This document shows, in pieces, positions 19,679 to 29,345 of a DNA stretch of 64,000 nt. The stretch covers positions 11,386 through 75,385 of the forward strand of contig JAZOAC010000164.1 in NCBI GenBank assembly GCA_045595285.1. Reading direction: 5' to 3'. How positions within the stretch are numbered: position 1 is the stretch's first letter; each line of letters starts with the position of its first letter. The notes under the pieces were generated by a model, which saw only the letters and a list, made by a program, of their open reading frames with translations, ran no database searches and was not told where the DNA came from. Origin of the DNA: Kiritimatiellia bacterium. Lineage in GTDB: Bacteria; Verrucomicrobiota; Kiritimatiellia; RFP12; UBA1067. The translations under genes were made by a program, and so were the position numbers.

Positions 19679-21739
19679 TTAGGGCATCTTATTCTCGACG
19701 ATGATTTCCACCGGCCCGATGAGACCCGAAGGCTGTAGCGGATCGTCTGCCGCCGGACCGGAATAGACGGTTTTGCGCACACCAGGCGTTTTATCCGTGC
19801 GATCCTTCCGGGATTTCTTCCAGTAATGGAAATTGGTGCGCGTGACGCGTTCTTCCGGAACAAGGAAGCAGTCGCCGACAAGCCGGTTGTACCAGTTGTT
19901 GGTGTAGCGCACTTCGATTTCGTTAGCGCCGGACCTGAGTGCCGCCGAAACATCCACCGTCCAAGGTGCGCACCATACAATTCCGCAATCCTTACCGTTT
20001 ACATACACATGCGCGACGCCGGTTTTAAGTTCGCCCAGAGAAAGCTTATAGAATGACGATGCCGTTCCCGGCTTAAGGGAAACTGTCGTACGGTAGGAAG
20101 AGGCGCCGGCGAAATAGCGAAGCTCGGTGCTCGCAGCCTTGCCGTTTTCGCCGTATGACGTCCAGTCACGCAGCTGCGGCATCACAACCGGCGCAGGCGG
20201 CGCTGCGGAAATCCCTTCATGATACGAGAATGAAACCCTCCAAGGCCCCGGAACCGCGATTGTTTCGCGCTTTACGGCGGCGTTTGCAGACAGGCCGTCC
20301 GGCGCAAACACGACGAAACAGCTGCCGCCGACAGGAAGATCAAGTGAAAGCTGAGTCTTTCCGTCAACGGCTGAAACATCATCCGCCGCCTTTCTGGTTG
20401 CGCTGACGACATCCCAGATCTCCACCTTGCGGCCATTGAGCACCGTATTGAAGACCGCCTTACCCTTGCCTTCACCCGCAACAAAGAACCAGTCGACATC
20501 ACCCTCGCGGCGGTGCGTCATTGTAAATTGGGCATCCTTGTCTTTGCGGTATCGTCCCCAGCTGTGGTAGTTATTGGCCTTGCCTGAGTGCACGAATTCA
20601 CCGTCGTCAACCGGTTCGCCGCGCTGAAGCAGAGCCTGACATCTGGCAAGATAGCCCACAAATGCGGTTGCATCTTTGTGCCAGGTGACATTGCGGTTGA
20701 TATGGGAGCCGGCAAAGTATTCCATGCCCGGCACTCCATACTTTTTCGGAGATGAGGTGAACGTATGCCAGACGACGAGATTGGCGCCGTCGGCATATCC
20801 AATATCGGCAAGCGGCTTCAGGAAGGAAGGATCGACTGAATAGTGGCGGTGCATGTGGGTGAACGCCTCAAGCGAAACGCGCCTGCGCCCTTCGCGGCGC
20901 GCCGAAAGAACGACAGCCCGCTGGAAGTACCGTCCGTTTCGGTTGGCCCGGCCTGAATCGGGCGTGGTAAGCTTCTCCTTGATCGGCCAGAATTCCCCCT
21001 GCGGAAAATCGTTGTGCATGAGCATATCAAGCTGGTCGCAGTCGAGCACGGTGTTGCGGCTGTACCACTCCCACGGACCGCCGGATTCGGAATACACCTT
21101 AAGTCCGTGCGAGTGCGCCCATTCGCGCATTGTGGCGTAGAGCGTATTCTTGATGGTCTGCCAGGTTATTCCCTTTTTGACGTTGCCTTCGTAACTGACG
21201 GAATAGATGTGCGTAAATGTAGTACCGATGAGATCGGGGACTCGCTTGAGAATCGGTCCGAGAGCGGCGTCAAGATGTTCAATGACCGCCTCTCTGCTCG
21301 TCACATCCGTTTCGTGCGCCTTGCCGTCGATGAACCGCTGCAACGTGCCGCCGGACGCGGCGCAGTTCATCGTAAACTCAAGCCCCACCCGGGCGCATTC
21401 GCGGATCGTGAATTCTACAAGATCATACCACGGCTCGCTGCCCCAAACAATTTCTGCCTTGGGGTAGCGGACATGGCGATCGTCATCATGATAACCGCGA
21501 GAGTCCAGCATATTTATTCCACCGAACCCCAAACGCTTGATCGCCTCGATATCGGCTGTGATCGATTCTCGGTCGGCCTGACCGTTAAACCAGGCGAAAT
21601 AACTCCAGGGCTTGGCGGCGTCCGGCGGATTGACAAAATCATTCCAAAGCGAGAGCCGTACATCCTGCGCACCAGAGGCGCAGGCGGCATTCGCTACCAT
21701 ATACGCAACCGCCACCATCGACATCAATCTCAAAAACAT
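19679..21739 (-). CDS. GH106 family glycoside hydrolase (alpha-L-rhamnosidase-like), unusually compact
   Basis: PPDAAKPW..WFNG, GEFW, EAFT, LKPLAD, YLARCQALLQRG, GIVWCAPW, PSGLIGPV. Confidence 0.8.
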   Translation of the reverse strand: MFLRLMSMVAVAYMVANAACASGAQDVRLSLWNDFVNPPDAAKPWSYFAWFNGQADRESITADIEAIKRLGFGGINMLDSRGYHDDDRHVRYPKAEIVWGSEPWYDLVEFTIRECARVGLEFTMNCAASGGTLQRFIDGKAHETDVTSREAVIEHLDAALGPILKRVPDLIGTTFTHIYSVSYEGNVKKGITWQTIKNTLYATMREWAHSHGLKVYSESGGPWEWYSRNTVLDCDQLDMLMHNDFPQGEFWPIKEKLTTPDSGRANRNGRYFQRAVVLSARREGRRRVSLEAFTHMHRHYSVDPSFLKPLADIGYADGANLVVWHTFTSSPKKYGVPGMEYFAGSHINRNVTWHKDATAFVGYLARCQALLQRGEPVDDGEFVHSGKANNYHSWGRYRKDKDAQFTMTHRREGDVDWFFVAGEGKGKAVFNTVLNGRKVEIWDVVSATRKAADDVSAVDGKTQLSLDLPVGGSCFVVFAPDGLSANAAVKRETIAVPGPWRVSFSYHEGISAAPPAPVVMPQLRDWTSYGENGKAASTELRYFAGASSYRTTVSLKPGTASSFYKLSLGELKTGVAHVYVNGKDCGIVWCAPWTVDVSAALRSGANEIEVRYTNNWYNRLVGDCFLVPEERVTRTNFHYWKKSRKDRTDKTPGVRKTVYSGPAADDPLQPSGLIGPVEIIVENKMP

Positions 21740-21743
21740 TTCT

Positions 21744-21872
21744 TTAAACCTTTCTTACTTTGCCAGCAACGTTGCCAGTTACGCTACCGACCACGCTACC
21801 GACCACATTGTCAGTTACGCGACCAGCTACACTACCAGCTACGTTGCCGACTGCAATAACTTCCAAGAACAT
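21744..21872 (-). CDS. Putative 42-aa leader ORF built from 12-bp repeats
   Basis: Hand translation MFLEVIAVGNVAGSVAGRVTDNVVGSVVGSVTGNVAGKVRKV; lies between TATAAT (21889-94) and GH106 start; no clear RBS. Confidence 0.4.
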   Translation of the reverse strand: MFLEVIAVGNVAGSVAGRVTDNVVGSVVGSVTGNVAGKVRKV

Positions 21873-21888
21873 TTCTTGAATGTCGCTA

Positions 21889-21957
21889 ATTATATCCCAT
21901 CCGGCACTTTCGATTCAATGTATATTTTCGCAACCACGTAGTATATTTTCGCAACCA
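21889..21957 (-). promoter_or_regulatory. Promoter with tandem direct-repeat operator
   Basis: TATAAT at 21894-21889; TATATTTTCGCAACCA twice at 21-bp period (21921, 21942). Confidence 0.7.
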
Positions 21958-22169
21958 TTCCATTCATATCACACCCCTAAACGAGAATTAATCCGAATAG
22001 AATTCTCGTTTACTTATCTATCTGTTTTTGATATCATCTTTCGCCATTTAAACAGGTGTGCGTATATTGATTGTTGAGGCGAGAAATCACCGTGTTCAAC
22101 AACCGATTTCCAAACCTGGCAAACCGGCAATTATTTCAATACAGCGAATAAATACAGAAGGGAAATACA

Positions 22170-23390
<1,221 letters not shown>

Positions 23391-23558
23391 AACCGGCACC
23401 GTAGCAACAACCATTCCGGAAAACCCAAATGCCATAAAGCACTGTCGCTATTAAGCCCGATTTCGACAAAATTCAATCAAGAATACCAGAAGCATGTTTC
23501 AACTCAAAAAATCTAATGCCTTGTATTTCCGGGATGAGGCGATTCGGCTCTTTACTCT

Positions 23559-25445
23559 TCACTCAGCACACGCCACCGGCATTTTACGGATATCCACTCC
23601 CAACGGCGGAAGGCTGATCTGCGCCGCCGAACAGCAGCCGACAGCAATGCAGCAATCGATCGGCTCATACGTCATATTGACCGTAAACAGCCAATCTTTC
23701 CCCTCATGGCGGAACGCCTTGGCGATGACCCCTTGCGGCATTCCGGAAACCTTGGGAGCCTTTTCAGCAGACAACAAAACCGGAATATACTTTACCGCTT
23801 CGCCATACGCCCGGCACACCTCGGCCCAACGCCGCTCAAACGGATCCTTTTTATCCTTTCGCCTAAGCGAAGTGTAACTGAAAGCGCACACGCCGTTGGC
23901 TCCGGAAACAATGCACTGCCAGAGCATATTCTTGACTTCCGCCTCGGTAGGCGCCTTGGTGGGGAAGAGATTATTCTGAACTTCATTGTCGAAAATCTGC
24001 GGCACCTGCAACACCGCCTTACCCATAGCGTCGCGGCAGGTGCGCCTTGTCCAGTCTTCCACCATTGATATCGGACGACGGTTGCGCGAACCGATCGGGT
24101 ACGGATCCGTGCCCAGCACATCGTACGTTCCTGCATATTCAGTGAGGTGGTTCATCTGATAGAGCACCATGAAGGTCGGATGATCAGGATCATTTCGCGA
24201 CACGAGCTCGTGCCTTTTCTTAAGTCGGTCGATCCATGTCGGACCGAACTCGTCATTGATGTACCAGGCAAAAAGCGCCGGATGATCCTTTACTTTCTTT
24301 ACTTCCCTCTCCACCCATTCGCGCTCCGTTTTTTCGTCGACAATCTCCCTTGGGCACGACTCCTGTCCTAAAAACACACCCTTGATTGAATAGATCACTT
24401 TCTTGCCGGCGGAATGAAAGCGATCCAACTGTTCGCGCGTCGGCCTGCGGTAGCACATGACGCAGTTGAACGGGCTATTTGAAATATCGAGAAACGCCTG
24501 CTCGGTGATGTATGTAAGATAAACACCCACGGGGAAGAACGGCTTGCCCTCCACAAGAAAACGATTGTGCTCATCAACCCGTACTTTCCAATCGGGAACC
24601 TTCTCCACTCGGCTGAATACGAGCGAACGCCGTTCGACAACTTTGCCGCCCTCATCCACTATGCGCAGCGAAACCTTGGACTTACCCATCGGCAATGTAT
24701 GTATGCTGACTTGCACCCGGGCGATTTTGTCCGTCACCGTCCCTTCAACAGCGCGGACGGCACCCGACACATCAGGGATGTCGAACATCGCCTTGAGCCC
24801 GCGAGCGGCAAGTTCTTTACCATCGACCGAAAGTGCCGCCGAGAAGATCACATCCCCTTTTGCCGCCGTGTCGCGGTGAACATCGGATACGAGCTGCCCG
24901 AGAATAAGCGGCTTATCGACCTGAACGCAGGAGATATCGTCGAACCATGCGGTGCCGTAGCGGTTCTTGGTGACATACGGAGAAAATTCACACGTCACGG
25001 TATTCGTGGGAATATCAAGCTCGAAAGAAATCTCGCGCCAATCCTTGACCGTACCGCGCACACCATGTGCTACAGCATTGCATAGTTTCTTTTTTTCAGC
25101 GTTCCTGCATATTACATAAAGAGACGCGCCTTGGCCTTTCCCCAAGACATTTTTCGCCCGCACCCAAGCGCCGAAACGATATCGCTTACCCGGCTCTACG
25201 GCTACAACCTGCGTAGGAAACGAGTAAGAGGATTTTCTTCCGATTACGAATTTGAGCGCCGTCGACCCATTTCGCCCTTCACCCTTCACATACGAAAAAG
25301 TTTTGCGCGGCTCATCCCAATCCGACACAATACCATCGGCGGAAAAATTCTCGAATCCGGGATTGCGCACCACGTTGGCGGAAGAATCCGCCAACACCAT
25401 ACCGACGGAACCTATTGACAATAAAGCAAAAATACATCTTTTCAT
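23559..25445 (-). CDS. Exported protein: CBM4/9-like domain plus putative GH TIM barrel
   Basis: Signal peptide; NVVRNPGFE...AWFDDIS CBM; GKPFFPVGVY, HPALFAWYINDE, GTDPYPI. Confidence 0.65.
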   Translation of the reverse strand: MKRCIFALLSIGSVGMVLADSSANVVRNPGFENFSADGIVSDWDEPRKTFSYVKGEGRNGSTALKFVIGRKSSYSFPTQVVAVEPGKRYRFGAWVRAKNVLGKGQGASLYVICRNAEKKKLCNAVAHGVRGTVKDWREISFELDIPTNTVTCEFSPYVTKNRYGTAWFDDISCVQVDKPLILGQLVSDVHRDTAAKGDVIFSAALSVDGKELAARGLKAMFDIPDVSGAVRAVEGTVTDKIARVQVSIHTLPMGKSKVSLRIVDEGGKVVERRSLVFSRVEKVPDWKVRVDEHNRFLVEGKPFFPVGVYLTYITEQAFLDISNSPFNCVMCYRRPTREQLDRFHSAGKKVIYSIKGVFLGQESCPREIVDEKTEREWVEREVKKVKDHPALFAWYINDEFGPTWIDRLKKRHELVSRNDPDHPTFMVLYQMNHLTEYAGTYDVLGTDPYPIGSRNRRPISMVEDWTRRTCRDAMGKAVLQVPQIFDNEVQNNLFPTKAPTEAEVKNMLWQCIVSGANGVCAFSYTSLRRKDKKDPFERRWAEVCRAYGEAVKYIPVLLSAEKAPKVSGMPQGVIAKAFRHEGKDWLFTVNMTYEPIDCCIAVGCCSAAQISLPPLGVDIRKMPVACAE

Positions 25446-25461
25446 AGATATGCCCTTCGAA

Positions 25462-25580
25462 TAGTTCGAGTTTTAAGTTCGAGTCCAAGAGTGGAATTTC
25501 CCTTGAGGGGAAATTTTGCCCAAAGCAAAATTCCGCTGTTCAACTCATCTCTCATCACTCATCACTCATTACTCATTACT
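25462..25580. repeat. Intergenic element: heptamer repeats flanking hairpins
   Basis: AGTTCGA/GTTTTAA units, then palindromes AATTTCCC-TTGAG-GGGAAATT and AATTTTGC-CCAAA-GCAAAATT, then CTCATCA/CTCATTA units. Confidence 0.6.
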
Positions 25581-25590
25581 AAAAAACCCC

Positions 25591-26977
25591 TCAGCGCACC
25601 ACGACTACCGTGCCCACCTTTTTCTCACCAACAATGGCAAACCAACCGAAGTTGTACAGGTCGGGTGATGGCCCGAAATCTTCAGTCTGGATATAGGGTT
25701 TCTCGTCCGACGGGATTGCTGTACCGACACATTGCCATATCCCGCTTTTTTCATCAGCGCAACGATACACCTTGATAATATCAACTTCTTTCATTTGGGC
25801 AAGCCGGGGATCATAGTGGAAGTAGAGATTAACGGATTCAAAACCAACTTTATAATCTTTCGTCAGTTTATTATTGGCGGTATTGTGTCCTGTATTGGGA
25901 ACCTTTGATACATCAAAATGACCTATGCGCCAAACCGATGATATTTGATACCGTTCAGCCTTGGGCAATCCTGCAGGAATATCGTTTCTATCAATTGCAT
26001 ACAATTCTGAAAATATATAAGTTCCCGTAGTTTTCCTTGTGACATCATCAAAATAATATTTAAAAGAATTGACTAAATCAATATCCCCTCTGAATGGAAA
26101 TCCTCCAATATACTGGTAATTTCCATTTCCTCGCTTTGGGAAGCGCGGCATCAACAGTCTTCCTTTGTTAATCGCATACCAACCGTTGGTACCGCATTCA
26201 TTGCCCGTCGTAGTAGAATTGGGCACCCCCATCTTGGAAAAATCCAAATCACGTTCAGAGCCGTTACCATCAGCAATTACTTGACCATACAGTCTGAACT
26301 GTCCCCATCCAGGATTGCTTCCACTATCAACTCTGTCTACTCGGTCATATGCATTCATCATCAAGTTTGGATTGGAAAACCCCACAAAACCCCATCCCGA
26401 CACAACTCCTCCGGCATAAGAACCATGATAGTCGTAACCAACTTGCATTGAGGTTGAAGCGGCATTCTTAGTTGAATCTAGATATATTTTTCCTCCTTTA
26501 ATTTCAAGGCGGCCTATACTGCCACTGACACGGCCCAACTTAAAACTGCAAATATCAGACACTACCGCATTTTCAGCAAGAATCAAGTATCCTGCACCAT
26601 CCTTAGATGATACCGTAATATTTGTAATAGCTGCAGCTGCGTTTTGTTGCAGCTCAAATGTACCGTTGACACCATCTTTTTCGGCAATAGACAGGGTCTC
26701 GAAATTCACCGAAGCGCCGCCCTCGACCGTCAGTTTCGCCGAACCGGGAGTTTGACCGAGAACCACAGTCTGCGTATTCGTCCATGCCACACCGCTTTTC
26801 ACTGTAACGAGCGCATTGGCGGGATCGCCGCCGTCGGTTGCATTCTCATGTCCGATAATGACATTATCATCGATCTTTTCCGACTGTGAAAATGTTTTGC
26901 TGTTGAAGTACACATCCGCATACAACATGTGCATACAACTTGCCGCCAATGATATGCTGATACATTTTTTTTTTCAT
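25591..26977 (-). CDS. Secreted beta-rich hypothetical protein, frameshifted in an A10 tract after the start codon
   Basis: GGAGG RBS, ATG at 26977, A10; removing one A gives MKKKCISISLAASCMHMLYA in frame with the 452-aa ORF ending KKVGTVVVVR. Confidence 0.75.
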
Positions 26978-27012
26978 AGGGAGAACCTCCTTGTTTAGAA
27001 AATTCGAATGTA

Positions 27013-27106
27013 ATTATACCGCAAACTCAAGATATTGTGTTGATTTTTTACGCAAGGGTTTTATGTATTTTTACGCAACGCTTTTTGGGAAATATTTTGC
27101 TATAAT
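27013..27106. promoter_or_regulatory. Divergent promoter pair with direct repeat TTTTTACGCAA
   Basis: GGTATAAT on - strand (27013-20); TGCTATAAT on + (27098-106); repeat at 23-bp period between them. Confidence 0.55.
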
Positions 27107-27114
27107 TTCAGCCG

Positions 27115-28326
27115 ATGACGGAAAAGACAAAAACCAGCGATTCTCAGAAAATACTCATCTCGATACGCTCTCTCAGGCGAGCGTCTGCGCGCGATGTGAT
27201 CTCCGGCATATTCAACCATCTGGAACGGACTTCCGACTGCAACATCTGCCTGATGCAATCGGTGGAGAATCCGATAACGCCCGAAAAGATCAGTAACGCC
27301 GAAAAAAGCAATGTGGCCGGATTGTTCATATCCAAAGCCGAAGATGCCGAGCTTATGCGCGCATTGGTCGACACCCCTATCCCTATGGCGGTCATCGGGA
27401 TAAAAGATCCAGTTCTTAAGGCTCGCAAAAATCCGACCGTGTTTATCTTCAATGACAACGCCGGTATCGGGGCAATGGGAGCCAACTACTTTTTAAAGCA
27501 CGGGAAATTCAACTCCTTCGGCTTCGTATGCGCAAACATCGATATAAATTCGATGCAAGAGCGTGCCGACGCTTTCTGCAACAGAATAAGATCAGCTGCT
27601 CCCGACACATTCGTCAGCGTATTCCCGGCTGTTTCCGATTCCGGATCGGAAAATGACATCGCGGCGCTTTCTGATTGGATATTGACATTGCCGAAACCTG
27701 CCGCAGTAATGGCTGCTGCCGATTGGCGGGCGGTACATGTTCTGACAGCATGCGATCACTTGAAGATTCGTGTACCGGAAGCTGTGTCTGTCCTTGGTGT
27801 CGACAATGACGAATTCATGTGCGCACATGCATCTCCGCCGCTTTCGAGCATCTTGCCCAACCATGTCGAGATCGGCAGACGGGCTGCCGAAGAGCTAGAA
27901 AAACTCATCAAAAGCAAAAAGTCCGGACAACGCAAAATGATAACCGTACCGCCGCAAATGGTTATCGAGCGGGAATCAACGCGGATATGTGCGCCGGCGG
28001 CGGCGCTCGTCGACAGAACCAAGCGCTTCATCCGTGCGAACGCCACCCGCGGGATAAATGTCGCGGATGTTGTCGCTCATCTCAAAGTTTCACGACGCTT
28101 GGCGGAAATCCGCTACCGCGCGGCAACCGGAGAAACGATACGGGAAGCGATCGAATCGACAAAAATGGCGAAGCTTAAACGCCTGCTTATTTCCAACCGA
28201 CGACCAATCGCCGCCATTGCCGCCGAATGCGGCTTCAGCAACATCAACTCGCTTTCACACCGCTTTCAACAATGCTTCGGCTCTTCAATGCGCGAATTCC
28301 GGAAGAACGCCACCAATCCCGGATAA
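27115..28326 (+). CDS. XylR-type regulator (LacI-type ligand domain + C-terminal AraC HTH)
   Basis: DNAGIGAMGANYF, LPKPAAVMAAAD, VSVLGVDND, PPLSSI, IAAECGFSN. Confidence 0.9.
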   Translation: MTEKTKTSDSQKILISIRSLRRASARDVISGIFNHLERTSDCNICLMQSVENPITPEKISNAEKSNVAGLFISKAEDAELMRALVDTPIPMAVIGIKDPVLKARKNPTVFIFNDNAGIGAMGANYFLKHGKFNSFGFVCANIDINSMQERADAFCNRIRSAAPDTFVSVFPAVSDSGSENDIAALSDWILTLPKPAAVMAAADWRAVHVLTACDHLKIRVPEAVSVLGVDNDEFMCAHASPPLSSILPNHVEIGRRAAEELEKLIKSKKSGQRKMITVPPQMVIERESTRICAPAAALVDRTKRFIRANATRGINVADVVAHLKVSRRLAEIRYRAATGETIREAIESTKMAKLKRLLISNRRPIAAIAAECGFSNINSLSHRFQQCFGSSMREFRKNATNPG

Positions 28327-28416
28327 TACCGATTAAAACGAACGGAAAAGAAAATCCAATTATACCAGATACAAAAAGTTTTGCGTACTATTACCCTAAA
28401 AACGGCTGTTGATTTC

Positions 28417-28610
28417 AACGCAGAGGCGCGGAGACGCAAAGTAACGCAGAGAAAAAGAGAAGTAATGTGAAAAATGGAAAATACGAGAATTTTTCTGACG
28501 GAATGAATCTTCACCCATCGGGTGTCGATAGTGTGGGGTTGTATAAAAGAAGATAACTTTCAAAAAACTCAAAACGAGCTGTTTTCTCTGCGCCTCTGCG
28601 TCTCTGCGTT
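28417..28610. repeat. Inverted pair of 8-bp-unit repeats (CGCAGAGR) enclosing ~130 bp
   Basis: AACGCAGAGGCGCGGAGACGCAAAG at 28417 vs CTCTGCGCCTCTGCGTCTCTGCGTT at 28586-28610. Confidence 0.75.
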
Positions 28611-28655
28611 AAAAAAGAACTCGTCCAACTGCCGAATTTAGGCTAAACTCTAAAC

Positions 28656-29235
28656 TTATTTTTCCTCTCGCTCCATCAAGAGCCCCTGATGGCCTGCCGG
28701 GATTAACGCCTGTCCATGATAGAGTACAGCAAGATCCGGTCTCCCTGAAAGTTTGTATTCGCGCAACAGCTTTGGCGCTTGCGGATTGACGAAATCCCAA
28801 ATCCCGTTGCTTTGATTGCCTGCGCGAACTTTGCCGCGCTCATCCGATCTTGCATTTCCCCCGCATCCTTCAAGCAACGGACGAGACCGTTCCATGAAAG
28901 GTGCGGGGCGGACATGGTCTCCATTGGTACGCGATTTCACCTCCGGACCCAGTGGCGAAAGACGGTCTCGGCCTTCTTGCCCCGGCCCTTTCCCACGTCC
29001 GCGCATTTCCTCGCAGAGCGGGACTTCCACCCGAACCCAACATGTTCGTGATTCCGCGAAGCCGCACCCGCGACCCCGCACCGGCTTTCGCGCATACGAC
29101 TGCGCGGAGCAGGAGGTGAACGCCTTGGCCGCAGCTTTTCAAGTTCGGCGGCAACGGCAGTATCGTTGCCCTCTTCCCTGTATCCGGCAAGACGTTTTTC
29201 AAGCGCCGCCGCTTCCATCGTCGGTCCATTGGCAA
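28656..29235 (-). pseudogene. Possible degraded gene of unknown family
   Basis: Several overlapping short minus-strand ORFs with protein-like stretches in different frames; no intact CDS. Confidence 0.3.
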
Positions 29236-29345
29236 ATTCAGGATTTCGAAGGGTGTGTCCCTTTATTTTACGAGACGAATTAAATACTTTGTATTTTATA
29301 TAATATCATCCTTTTTTAATGTATGAAACCTTTATCGATGGCGCT

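Noticed and set aside
21760-21860. CRISPR array
   Set aside because: Contiguous 12-bp degenerate units with no spacers and no cas genes
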